A stretch of DNA of 64,000 nt from a virus. Lineage: Duplodnaviria > Caudoviricetes. Shown here one piece after another: positions 38,742 to 48,450 of the stretch. Made by a program: the position numbers and the translations under genes. How positions within the stretch are numbered: position 1 is the stretch's first letter; the number at the start of each line of letters is the position of its first letter. Under the pieces are notes generated by a model, which saw nothing but the letters and a program-made list of their open reading frames with translations, was not told the DNA's origin and searched no databases. The stretch is taken from positions 6,143 through 70,142 of IMG/VR virus record IMGVR_UViG_3300037067_010449; one strand, written 5' to 3'.

Positions 38742-39452
38742 TTGAGTCAAAGAAATTTTCTTGTACTTCCCAATCTCGAATGGTTTGGTGAAGGCGATAA
38801 ACCGGAGACGACGTTAGACGATATTGATGCAATTATGAAAGACGTAGATAAACTAACGCCGGAAGAGATGAAAGTCTTACTTAAAAAACAACAGGATAAA
38901 ATCCAAATTTTAGGCAGCAAGTCTAAAGAGTTGTTACATGAAGTGATGGACAAAAAAGACAAAATTAAAAAGATCGATGAAGAAAAAGAAGCCGCAAGAC
39001 TTCTTGAAATGAAACAGAAAGAAGACTATAAAAAATTAGCTGAAACGTTAGAAGCGGAGAACGTCAACTACAAACAAAAATTAGAAATGTTGACGTTAGA
39101 CTCTGCAAAAAACCTTGAATTGCACACGGGAGAATTAAATGATTTGAAAGCGTCTTTGCCGACTGAATATCAAGGTCTTATTCCACAAGTAAACGTAAGA
39201 GACCAAATTCTTTGGATAAAGGATTTTAAAAAGTCGGTAGTAGATAAAACTCCCCCGGCTAACACACCTCCTGTAGATACGTCCGCGGGTAATCCTACGC
39301 CTCCTGTTCGTACGGTAGGTAATCTAGGTACGCCTACAGGAACACCCCCTAACCCTACAGGGAAAGCAACATTACTTGAAAGAATTGCTAAATGTAATAG
39401 CAGCGATGAGTTAGAGACACTCCAAAACGAGTACGCTCGAACTCAACGCTAA
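38742..39452 (+). CDS. Capsid scaffolding protein (start reassigned to TTG 38742)
   Basis: RBS AGGAGG; coiled coil, Pro/Thr-rich linker; directly upstream of MCP. Confidence 0.75.
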   Translation: MSQRNFLVLPNLEWFGEGDKPETTLDDIDAIMKDVDKLTPEEMKVLLKKQQDKIQILGSKSKELLHEVMDKKDKIKKIDEEKEAARLLEMKQKEDYKKLAETLEAENVNYKQKLEMLTLDSAKNLELHTGELNDLKASLPTEYQGLIPQVNVRDQILWIKDFKKSVVDKTPPANTPPVDTSAGNPTPPVRTVGNLGTPTGTPPNPTGKATLLERIAKCNSSDELETLQNEYARTQR

Positions 39453-39544
39453 ATATAAACCAGCCATTAGGTTACAGATCGGTAACCAGATAAGTCCAGA
39501 AAAAGCGGATAAAGAATAAATTACACATTTTAAAAGGAGTATAT

Positions 39545-40528
39545 ATGAAAAGGAAAAATTTTATCCTTGTTCCGCTGACTTGGTTTGCCACTACCGATAC
39601 TAGTAACCTAACAGGTATTGTACGGACTGCATACAGTAAAGCGGTTGAATTTGCATTTAATCCCAACCTTTATTTCGCTCAGTTTGCGCAGGCGAAGAGG
39701 TGGAGAGTTGGAGACGCAGACCCTATGCCGGGGAATCCTGTAAGTTTCACTATTTTTGGTGCCCTTGCAGTAACTAGTACAGCATTGGGTGAGACTGCCG
39801 ACCCGACAGCTGAGACTATGACGGTTACCCAGAAAACTATCACACTTTCTGAGTATGGAAAAAGAATAACAACCACTCAAAAATTACGCACGACCTCATT
39901 TGCTAATATTGATTTATCGGTGGGTAGATTGGTAGGCGATAATATGGGTAGGACAGTAGACCTTATCGCAAGACAGGCTTATGACGTTGGAACTGCTGCG
40001 GCTAACATTAGTTATGCCAGTGGGAGTTCGGCTGCTTCTGTGCTTGCTACATCCACACTTAAAGCAGCTAAAGTGCGTTATGCGTTTAACAGACTGGCAC
40101 GTGCAAACGTACCGAAGTTTGACGGTCGGTATTATATCGCAGTATGTCACCCGGATTGTATTTACGATCTTCGTTCAGAAACTGGAGCAGGTAGTTGGAG
40201 ACAACCTAAAGAATACGTAGACCCGACCGAAATTTACAATGGTGAAATTGGGGAGTTTGAAGGGTTTAGATTTGTGTCTACAACCAATGCAAAAATTACG
40301 ACAGACGGTGCGAGTGGGACAGTCGACCTTTACACCAATTATTTTATTGGATTCCAGGCAGTAGGTTATGCGGAAGGTTTAGCACCTACTCTCGGTATGT
40401 CTGGCCCGTTTGATGCCTTACAGCGTTTAATGAACGTATACTGGTATGGCCTGTTCGGATTTGGCCCGTTAAGAGCTGATTCACTTCATAAAGTGTATAG
40501 TGCGTCTAGTGTAGGTGCCAATACCTAA
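39545..40528 (+). CDS. Major capsid protein (N4 gp56-like family)
   Basis: TITLSEYG, YIAVCHPD...DL, GEIGEFEGFRFV. Confidence 0.88.
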   Translation: MKRKNFILVPLTWFATTDTSNLTGIVRTAYSKAVEFAFNPNLYFAQFAQAKRWRVGDADPMPGNPVSFTIFGALAVTSTALGETADPTAETMTVTQKTITLSEYGKRITTTQKLRTTSFANIDLSVGRLVGDNMGRTVDLIARQAYDVGTAAANISYASGSSAASVLATSTLKAAKVRYAFNRLARANVPKFDGRYYIAVCHPDCIYDLRSETGAGSWRQPKEYVDPTEIYNGEIGEFEGFRFVSTTNAKITTDGASGTVDLYTNYFIGFQAVGYAEGLAPTLGMSGPFDALQRLMNVYWYGLFGFGPLRADSLHKVYSASSVGANT

Positions 40529-40551
40529 TCTTATTTTTTCATCTTTTCTTT

Positions 40552-40581
40552 ACAGGGTGGCATACGTCACCCTGTTATTTT
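40552..40581 (+). terminator. Intrinsic terminator after MCP
   Basis: ACAGGGTG/CACCCTGT plus TATTTT. Confidence 0.7.
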
Positions 40582-40605
40582 ATCGTTAAGGAGTTTTAAG
40601 TTTAC

Positions 40606-42741
40606 ATGGAAAGTATTAAAGACGTAACAAAAGGAAGAGCAACAGTATCGGTTGCAGTGATTGCCAAGAATGAGGCAGCGACAATTATCCCATTGATTGA
40701 AAGTGTGAGAGAAGTAGTTGACGAGATAGTGATTCTTGTAGACGATACTACGATAGATAACACTAAACAATTAGCAGAAGAAAATGGGGCTACAGTTTAT
40801 TCATTCACCTGGAAAGAAGATTTTGCAGGTGCAAGAAATGAAGCGATAAAAAAATGCACTAAAGATTTTATTTTTATTTTAGATGGGCATGAGATTCTCC
40901 ATCCGAAATCAAAACAAGTGTTAGTCGATATACTTTTTAGAGTATACGGTAATCGTGACTTACACGACACAGAAGTTTTTTTAGGTTATGCTTATTTGAA
41001 TCCAGAACAGTTAGGTGAAGGTGTAGAAAATCTACTTCCTGAAACTGCTCTAATGCAGCCTAGACTTTTTAGAAATAACGGGGATCACTATTACGTCGGG
41101 CGTGTACATAACTATCTATACACTAAAGAAACAAACAAAACATTAAAACGGCCTATTGCTGAATTAGTCGTTATACACAAACGTACAGAAGAGAACGCAG
41201 TAGTAAGACAGCAGCAACGGGCGGACATGAATGTCAGAATCTTAAAAGAAGAATTAGAAAAAGACCCGTCTAACACACGTAACCTTTTTTACTTAGCTAA
41301 CACGTATTACGAAACAACCCAATACGATCTTGCTATAGCCTGTTATACAAAGTATTTAACTTTATCCACATGGAAAACAGAAAGAGCAGAAGCAAGTTAC
41401 ATGTTAGGCTGTATCTATAGTGAGAAAAAAGATTATACTAACGCAGAAGCGATTATGTTAGACGCGATTAAAGAAGACAGTTATCGGCCTGAATTTTATA
41501 TCCTGTTAGGGGACATTATGTTCCAGCAACAGCAGTGGTATAATGCAGCACATTGGTACAAGTGCGCAACTGAAATGCGGCTTCCTGTAAAAACTGGAAT
41601 GTTCTTACGTGGCGCTTCTTATAGTTATCTTCCCTATCTTAAATTGGCTATGGTGTGGAGTACAACCGAGAATTTTTGGGAAGCGATTTTAGCTGGAGAA
41701 AAAGCGATACAATTAGGCTATAATAAACCAGACCTTTTAGATAAAATGAAAATATGGAAGGAACAGATGTCTTTAAAACCTAACGCTAAGAATATTATTT
41801 TTTATGACGAGAATGGAGCCTTCACATTCCTAAAGGATTTAATCAATCGGCTATCGGAAACCTATAACACTTGTACCGCAGACAACTATTCACATGAAGT
41901 CGCACAGTGGGCAAACGTTATTTGGTTCGAGTGGTGCGCAAGAAATGTAGTTCAGGCTACAGGAATGAAAAAGAAAGAAGGACAAAAGTGGATTGTTAGA
42001 CTGCACGGGTACGAACTATATTCCCCTAAACGCATTAATCAAATTCAGTGGGATAAAGTAGACGTACTTATATTTGTGGCCGAGCACATTAAAAAACACT
42101 TTAATGAGCTGTACACAATTTCACCTAACGTAAAACAAGTAGTTATCCCTAACGGAATTGAAATAAATAATTTTGACTTTGCGGATAGAAATTTAACGAA
42201 AGAAAAAAACATCGGAGTAATCGGCATTCTTACAGAAAAGAAAGGGCCTCAGCTTCTGATTCAAATTATGAGACATTTTGAGAAAGTTCACCCTGATTTT
42301 AAATTTCTTCTTCGATTTGATGTGCCTGAGAAGCCTAGCATGTCTTACCGTATTTTGATGCACGGTATTAGAGACCTAAAGAACTGGATATGGGTGGAAC
42401 GTCAAGAATCTCTTAATTCCTGGATGGAAAATCTCAAATATATTCTATCAACTAGCGAGCTTGAATCTTTTAGTTTTGTAGTCGGGGAGGCTATGACTAA
42501 AGGAATTAAACCTTTAATCTACGATTGGGTAGGCGCGAGCGAATTGTGGCCAGAATATCTGATCTGGAAAGACTTAATTGATTTAGATCGAATGCTTAAA
42601 ACACCTTACACTTCTTTAGTGTACAGGGAATTCGTATCTAAAAATTACAGCGCGGACAAATTGACAAGTTCAGTCATTCGTGAAGTCAATCATTTGTTAG
42701 GTGTGTCTTCTGGAATAGAAGAAGTAGGTAAGAACATATGA
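40606..42741 (+). CDS. Glycosyltransferase: GT2 + TPR repeats + GT-B (GT4-like) domain
   Basis: VIAKNEA, LVDDTTIDNT, DFAGARN; TPR (RNLFYLANTY, AEASYMLG); C-terminal EKKG...SELESFSFVVGEAM. Confidence 0.85.
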   Translation: MESIKDVTKGRATVSVAVIAKNEAATIIPLIESVREVVDEIVILVDDTTIDNTKQLAEENGATVYSFTWKEDFAGARNEAIKKCTKDFIFILDGHEILHPKSKQVLVDILFRVYGNRDLHDTEVFLGYAYLNPEQLGEGVENLLPETALMQPRLFRNNGDHYYVGRVHNYLYTKETNKTLKRPIAELVVIHKRTEENAVVRQQQRADMNVRILKEELEKDPSNTRNLFYLANTYYETTQYDLAIACYTKYLTLSTWKTERAEASYMLGCIYSEKKDYTNAEAIMLDAIKEDSYRPEFYILLGDIMFQQQQWYNAAHWYKCATEMRLPVKTGMFLRGASYSYLPYLKLAMVWSTTENFWEAILAGEKAIQLGYNKPDLLDKMKIWKEQMSLKPNAKNIIFYDENGAFTFLKDLINRLSETYNTCTADNYSHEVAQWANVIWFEWCARNVVQATGMKKKEGQKWIVRLHGYELYSPKRINQIQWDKVDVLIFVAEHIKKHFNELYTISPNVKQVVIPNGIEINNFDFADRNLTKEKNIGVIGILTEKKGPQLLIQIMRHFEKVHPDFKFLLRFDVPEKPSMSYRILMHGIRDLKNWIWVERQESLNSWMENLKYILSTSELESFSFVVGEAMTKGIKPLIYDWVGASELWPEYLIWKDLIDLDRMLKTPYTSLVYREFVSKNYSADKLTSSVIREVNHLLGVSSGIEEVGKNI

Positions 42742-43649
42742 AGATAGCAGTTATTTGTCGAGGTTCTCAGACTTTTCTTAATCCTTTAATTAAACATTGG
42801 TTAGATTGTGGGCATATACTTATAACCGACGAAAAAGAAATAGGAAAAGCAGACGTTATTTTTTGTGAGTGGGCTAATGAGCAGTCAGTAGAAATAATCT
42901 GGAAGACCGTAGGGAAAAAAGTAGTTATTAGGATGCACGGATCAGAATACTATCAAGGATTCCATAATCTTTGGAATATCCAAAAACTGGCAGCCGTAAT
43001 ATGTGCTAACCCCGATTATGTAATCCCTAACGTCAACGTAATTAACTGTGCTCTCCCTATAGACACTAACTTTTGGAAGCCAAATAAATCGGTTAAAAAA
43101 ATACCGAGAAAATTATTAATGGTTGGAAGTTTTTGTTATTCAAAAGGGCACGTTGCGTTATTGAATTTTATTTTAGATAATCCCGATTTCTTTTCTGATA
43201 TTTCGTTTGTGGGGTGTATCGAACCTAAAGACGACCCTGTACGTGCGTGCGAAACTAAGAAAGTTATTGCTGAGATCGTACACCTGTCAAGTAAATATAA
43301 CCTCCCGGTGAAAATAAAAAACGAAATGACAAGAGAATCTCTTCGTAAAGAGTATCAATCAGCAGAGTATATCGTCAGTAATTCAGTCAATGAGGGGTTC
43401 CATCTCTCTATAATCGAAGGTGTATTATGTGATTGTAAACCTTTAATACACGATTGGATTGGAGCAGATAAGATTTACCCAGAAAGTTTAATTTATTCAA
43501 GCGCTAAAGAATTTTGGAATTTGATAGGGCATTATCCGTCAGTAAAAGCGAGAGAACTCCAAACATTTATTATGGATAATTGGAACGAAGAAAAAATATT
43601 CGCAACAATAGACAATACGCTGTTAGATGCAGCAAGAGAGAATATGTAA
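42738..43649 (+). CDS. GT-B (GT4-like) glycosyltransferase
   Basis: FCEWAN, RMHGSE, SKGH, NSVNEGFHLSIIEG; similar to the C-terminal domain of the upstream GT. Confidence 0.75.
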   Translation: MKIAVICRGSQTFLNPLIKHWLDCGHILITDEKEIGKADVIFCEWANEQSVEIIWKTVGKKVVIRMHGSEYYQGFHNLWNIQKLAAVICANPDYVIPNVNVINCALPIDTNFWKPNKSVKKIPRKLLMVGSFCYSKGHVALLNFILDNPDFFSDISFVGCIEPKDDPVRACETKKVIAEIVHLSSKYNLPVKIKNEMTRESLRKEYQSAEYIVSNSVNEGFHLSIIEGVLCDCKPLIHDWIGADKIYPESLIYSSAKEFWNLIGHYPSVKARELQTFIMDNWNEEKIFATIDNTLLDAARENM

Positions 43650-44262
43650 AATGGAATTGAAAGAGTTGCAACACTTAGATAAAAAGTTTACATATCAACA
43701 AACTATAGAATATTGGACTAAGCGTTCTCCGTTTTGGATAACAGATATCGAAGCAGGGGAACACTCTTTTTCTAAAGAGTTAAAGGATTTGATTTCTTCT
43801 TTGTCTTTTCAATCGGTGTTAGATTACGGATGCGGTGTAGGTCAAGCGAGTGTCGAACTGTTTAACGATAAAGAATATAGAGGGTGTGATATAACACTTA
43901 ACATGGTTGTTGAAGCACAGAAGAGAAACAGGAATAAATTCTTTTTTTGGACAGACCCTAATTTTTCTTTAGCGTTACACGACCTTAAAACTGATCTGAT
44001 ATTTACACATACCGTTTTAGAACATATTCCCCCTAATCAGTACAAGGGGATAATCAACACGCTGTTAGACAACTGTAAAATAGGTGTGTTTGTTGAGAAT
44101 AATTTGTTATCGGCTGCGTGGACAGACAACGTTCCACATGGGTTTAATCACGATTATTTAAATGACCTGTCTAAATATGGGCAGGTTAAAGTAATCAAAA
44201 TAAAAGATTATTTAGCGGATACAAATAACGCTATTTATATTGCGAAAGGAAAACTTTCCTAA
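43627..44262 (+). CDS. Class I SAM-dependent methyltransferase (likely start about 43650)
   Basis: VLDYGCGVG, GCDIT, TVLEHI. Confidence 0.8.
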   Translation: MQQERICKMELKELQHLDKKFTYQQTIEYWTKRSPFWITDIEAGEHSFSKELKDLISSLSFQSVLDYGCGVGQASVELFNDKEYRGCDITLNMVVEAQKRNRNKFFFWTDPNFSLALHDLKTDLIFTHTVLEHIPPNQYKGIINTLLDNCKIGVFVENNLLSAAWTDNVPHGFNHDYLNDLSKYGQVKVIKIKDYLADTNNAIYIAKGKLS

Positions 44263-44491
44263 GGAGGAATTTATGGGCGGCCCAGGAAGTGGAAGAAAAC
44301 CAGGAAGTGGAAAAACTAAAAAAGAAATGGATAAAGGATTAAAAGGTTTAGTCGATAGTTATAAAGAAACCCGTAAGTACGGGAATGTCAAACTCGCTAA
44401 AAAAATAAAACGTCAAATAGATTCTGTTATAAAAAATAAGGGTTTAAACAGTACGTCTGTTTATGGAACGTATAAAAGTGTTAAAGGTTAA
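44240..44491 (+). CDS. Small basic protein (likely start ATG 44273, MGGPGSGRKPG...)
   Basis: RBS AGGAGG; Lys-rich. Confidence 0.65.
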   Translation: MRKENFPKEEFMGGPGSGRKPGSGKTKKEMDKGLKGLVDSYKETRKYGNVKLAKKIKRQIDSVIKNKGLNSTSVYGTYKSVKG

Positions 44492-44524
44492 TTAAACTTA
44501 CTACAAAAATAAAAGGAAAAATAA

Positions 44525-45439
44525 ATGAATGAGATAAAAGACGTACTAACAACAGTTATTCCCACGTATAACGAAAGAGAAGACCTGTTAAGAAAATCTA
44601 TAGAGACAATGTTAAACCAAACTTATCCGTATATTGAGCTGATAATGATTGACGACGGGTGTACAGACAACACTCCAGCAGTGTTGGCTGAATATGCTAA
44701 ACAGGATTCTCGTGTAAAAGTGTTTAGACGTGAGCGTGATCAACCAGACCCCACGTTAAGAAGTGTGCCTCAGGCATTTAGTTTGGGGTTAGAAAAAGCG
44801 ACAGGTAAATGGTGGCACCACGATGCGGCAGATTGTTGGCATGAACCAGATTTCGCAGAGCGTACGATCTACGCACTACAAGGTCAACCAGAAAATATTA
44901 TTGGAGCACACACCGATTTTATGTCTCATAAATTTGACGGGAGCGTCGAACATTATGACGTAAAGAAAAATTGGAAACCTAATTGGTCAGCGTTCGAGAA
45001 CTATATGCGAATGGAAGGTTTAGGCGGGATGGTTTTTCGTATGGACATCTGTAAAAAGGTCGGTGCTTGGGATTGGAGACTTCCGCGCAAGCATACTCGT
45101 GAGTGGACTTCTAAAGTATTACAGTACGGTGATCTTGTGCACGTCCCTAAAGTTTTGTGGCATTTTGTTTTTCATGAAATTGATCAGATGAAGAGGATAG
45201 CGAGTGCCAAGTATAGAATTTTAGTTGATCTTAAACACGGGTATAATTTAGAGACTAATTTCATAGCCAGCGCTACTTCGCATCACGGACGTTTGGCGGT
45301 TGCCGCAGCATTTAGAGATTTCTTTACCCTGCCTGAATGGGAAGAAGAAAGAAGATGTTCACCGTTTATGTCGCAGCTTGAAAAAGTAAACGTGCTTGCC
45401 ACTAAAGAAGCAAGTGAAACATGGGAGCCAAAAATATAA
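44525..45439 (+). CDS. GT2 glycosyltransferase
   Basis: VIPTYNER, NQTYP..ELIMIDDGCTDNT, HDAAD. Confidence 0.88.
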   Translation: MNEIKDVLTTVIPTYNEREDLLRKSIETMLNQTYPYIELIMIDDGCTDNTPAVLAEYAKQDSRVKVFRRERDQPDPTLRSVPQAFSLGLEKATGKWWHHDAADCWHEPDFAERTIYALQGQPENIIGAHTDFMSHKFDGSVEHYDVKKNWKPNWSAFENYMRMEGLGGMVFRMDICKKVGAWDWRLPRKHTREWTSKVLQYGDLVHVPKVLWHFVFHEIDQMKRIASAKYRILVDLKHGYNLETNFIASATSHHGRLAVAAAFRDFFTLPEWEEERRCSPFMSQLEKVNVLATKEASETWEPKI

Positions 45440-45858
45440 TGGGATTTTCGACTATTGCACAACTGAAAAAAAATCTTGTGTTTGCATCGGGAGCAATTAC
45501 AGCTACTAGCATGACGGCTAACATACAGGATGCGGACAACGAATTAAAAGATGATTTGTCTAAGTATCTTGATTGGACAGATGTTTTAGCTCTGACATAT
45601 GTGCCAAGAGTAATCAATAGGTTGTCTCAATATAAAGCTTGTGAGCTTACAGTAGCGCGTCAGTGGCTATCCCCCACAAACACTTTAGGGGGGGAGAGTG
45701 AAGACACTCAAAATTACGGTTATCAATATTGGATAAATAAATACGATCTATTGTTAGATCAAATAAAAAGAGGAGACATTGAGGTGTTAGACTCTAACAA
45801 CGATGCTTTTACAACGTCGATAGGAAAAGTAAACTTAGGATTGGGAAGAATCATATAA
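45421..45858 (+). CDS. Head-tail adaptor/neck protein
   Basis: Position; LLDQIKRGDI motif like Mu gp36-type adaptors. Confidence 0.55.
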   Translation: MGAKNIMGFSTIAQLKKNLVFASGAITATSMTANIQDADNELKDDLSKYLDWTDVLALTYVPRVINRLSQYKACELTVARQWLSPTNTLGGESEDTQNYGYQYWINKYDLLLDQIKRGDIEVLDSNNDAFTTSIGKVNLGLGRII

Positions 45859-45862
45859 ACCT

Positions 45863-46600
45863 ATGGTGGGTGTGACGATAGATATTAGTAAAGCAATTAA
45901 TGCAATCGACGGAGCTGCGGACATTATAAACAACCAAAAAAAATACAGGTTGTTTCGCACCGCTGCCGATCTATTGTTACGCAGCTATTGGTCGGAAACT
46001 TTCCTTAACGAAGGTGCCCGTAGAGGGCACCCTAAATGGGTTCCACTTAGTCCTGAATACGCCAAGTGGAAGTTAGGTGGTTACAAAGCAGAATTAAAAC
46101 GAATAGCTAAAATAGCAGTCGATAAAAAGATAAGGGAAAAGAAGAGGAAAGAAAAAGCTAAAAAGGATATTTTGAAACGTATATCCGATAAAGCAACAGG
46201 TAAAAAAGTATCTAGCTCTAAAAAGATTTTAAAGAGCGTGTCAAAGAAATTAAAAAAAGTAACAGGGTTTAAAAAAAAGAGGGTAAAAAAACAAAAGGTA
46301 TTAATTACTAAAACTAAACGGGCACCGAGGTCTAGAAAAATGTTAATCCTTACAGGACATCTACAAGGTTCACCTAAAATATTGAGTGAGTCACAGAACG
46401 ACCTATTATTTGGTACAGAAGTACCTTACGGACAGTATCACCAGTTAGGAGGTGGCGCATTCGGTCACCCTGGCAGACCCCCACAAAGGGAGTTTATGTT
46501 TATCACACAAAAGGACACAGAAGAAATAAATGATTTTCTTGTCGAAATGTTACAGAAAATCATAGACGCAAATATAGCGGCTAATAAAGGAGCCAATTAA
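45863..46600 (+). CDS. Virion morphogenesis (tail completion, P2 S/Mu G-like) protein with Lys-rich insert
   Basis: W.PLSP.Y..WK...LILTGHL...FGT.VPYGQYHQLG...PQREFM. Confidence 0.75.
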   Translation: MVGVTIDISKAINAIDGAADIINNQKKYRLFRTAADLLLRSYWSETFLNEGARRGHPKWVPLSPEYAKWKLGGYKAELKRIAKIAVDKKIREKKRKEKAKKDILKRISDKATGKKVSSSKKILKSVSKKLKKVTGFKKKRVKKQKVLITKTKRAPRSRKMLILTGHLQGSPKILSESQNDLLFGTEVPYGQYHQLGGGAFGHPGRPPQREFMFITQKDTEEINDFLVEMLQKIIDANIAANKGAN

Positions 46601-46602
46601 CA

Positions 46603-47079
46603 GTGGGTAGAAAATATACTAAAGAGGCTATTGACGCGATACACACTTATCTGAACTCGAATTTAAACACTGTGCTCGGCACCGTTAGAACAGCATGGAG
46701 CAGTTCGACTGTTCCGGCTAACTGTGCTAAGTTAGCGAAACGTGCAGACCCTACGCCTGTCTTTCCTAAAGTAGTAATTCAAAAAAGTACTACAGAAAGA
46801 AATTACGGGGATGAAGCAGCACCCTTAATTGATCCTTTTCTTTATCATAATGTTATAATTCAAATCACACATAAATGTGCAAACTTACAAGAGTTAGACG
46901 AGACTCTTATGGGATATGAAGAAGCAATAGAGAGATTGCAAGAAGCCAGCGATACGTTTGGCGGAGCTTTTATATGGGTTCGTGTAGGAACGACTGAATG
47001 GTTGCCAGTATACGAAAATCAAGAAAATAAAGTTGTAATGCAGAGTATTCAAATTCCTTTGCAGTGCAGAAGCATTTAA
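46603..47079 (+). CDS. Tail terminator-like protein
   Basis: Position before the tail tube; size. Confidence 0.5.
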   Translation: MGRKYTKEAIDAIHTYLNSNLNTVLGTVRTAWSSSTVPANCAKLAKRADPTPVFPKVVIQKSTTERNYGDEAAPLIDPFLYHNVIIQITHKCANLQELDETLMGYEEAIERLQEASDTFGGAFIWVRVGTTEWLPVYENQENKVVMQSIQIPLQCRSI

Positions 47080-47103
47080 AGATTAAAAGGAGTAAATAAA
47101 AAT

Positions 47104-48417
47104 ATGGGAACTGTAATTCTTAATCAAGTAAAATTCACAATAGGCGGGCCAGAAACATTAGCCGGTTCTGGTCACGCACTAGAATCCGTTGTCCCATTAC
47201 GGGGGACGCCGACTATAGACAAAAAGCCTGAATTTGTTAGAGACCCTGTAATCAGCGGTATCAACATGAAGTCAGGCTCTTATGTTGTAGTAAATAATGT
47301 TGCTGGGGGAATACCTCTTGCACCTAGAGCCTGCGCAGGTTTCGGAAAAGTTGTAAAGAGCATCTTAGGTTCAGAGGTTACCCCCGTTCAGATTGGAGCT
47401 ATGATTCGTTTCCGATATACCGGAGCAAGTGCGAGTTGTAAAATAGTCACTAACGCCACGGATAACACGATTATAGCAACTAAAGGCGTGTTAGGTTCTG
47501 AAACAGCGGATACAGACTTTGGGACAGGTGGGACTATAGATTGTGATACGGCCGCTTACGATACAGTTGACGAATTAGTTGCGGCTATCGAGGGGTATGC
47601 TAGTTATGCCTGTGAAAAAATATTTGAGCAATCAGCAAGTTATAATATAGCAACTAACAAAGTAATCGCGATTACTAATAAACAGGCAAAAAATACCTGG
47701 TGTTATGTGCTTTTTGCGTCTACTACATCTGGCGTGTATGCGCACGAAATGTATTTTGACCCTACAGCTACGACAGAACACGGAACATATACTACACAGT
47801 TAGATGGTAAATACGACAATTTTCTGTACGTTGGTGGAGTTGTTAACACTTTAAAATTAAATGCGGCTTTAAAAGGTTTAGTGGAAGCTGATGCGGAAAT
47901 GTTAGGTATGACTGAAACAATCGGACAAACTGCATCTGTATTAACTTTACCTGATAATGACCCGTTAATTTTTCATACTGGTTCATTCTCGATTAACGAA
48001 GATAACTACACCTTTATTAGAAATATGAGTCTCGACATTAATCAGAATCAAAATCCAGACGGTTATGGTCAGGGAAGTACGCTTCGTCAGTATCATCAGA
48101 GAGGCGAATGTGTTATTTCTGGGGATGCACAAGTTAGATTAGACGCTACTGCGTATGCCTTACGCGCAGATATGCTTGCAGGTACGCGCGCAGCAATAAG
48201 CTATTATTTTAAAGGGAATCAAAATTTTGGAACTACGTCGATTCCAGAAATGATGTTAGTCGAACTCCCTTATTGTACACTAACAGGATTCGAGTTTCCG
48301 GAAAATAACGGGGTGTTTGATGCGAAAGTAACGTATGACGTAGATACGATTAGAGGTACTCGGTATAATCAGCCTATAACAATAACGTTATTAACTACAG
48401 ACACAGTAGCTTATTAA
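47104..48417 (+). CDS. Major tail tube protein
   Basis: Position before chaperone and TMP; beta-rich, GG.V..LKL motif. Confidence 0.7.
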   Translation: MGTVILNQVKFTIGGPETLAGSGHALESVVPLRGTPTIDKKPEFVRDPVISGINMKSGSYVVVNNVAGGIPLAPRACAGFGKVVKSILGSEVTPVQIGAMIRFRYTGASASCKIVTNATDNTIIATKGVLGSETADTDFGTGGTIDCDTAAYDTVDELVAAIEGYASYACEKIFEQSASYNIATNKVIAITNKQAKNTWCYVLFASTTSGVYAHEMYFDPTATTEHGTYTTQLDGKYDNFLYVGGVVNTLKLNAALKGLVEADAEMLGMTETIGQTASVLTLPDNDPLIFHTGSFSINEDNYTFIRNMSLDINQNQNPDGYGQGSTLRQYHQRGECVISGDAQVRLDATAYALRADMLAGTRAAISYYFKGNQNFGTTSIPEMMLVELPYCTLTGFEFPENNGVFDAKVTYDVDTIRGTRYNQPITITLLTTDTVAY

Positions 48418-48450
48418 CGTTAGGTTAAAAATAAAAAGGAGAATTTCGAA

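Noticed and set aside
47104-48417. Contractile tail sheath
   Set aside because: No sheath motifs, no separate tube gene and no baseplate wedge/J genes; the layout is tube-chaperone-TMP-hub.
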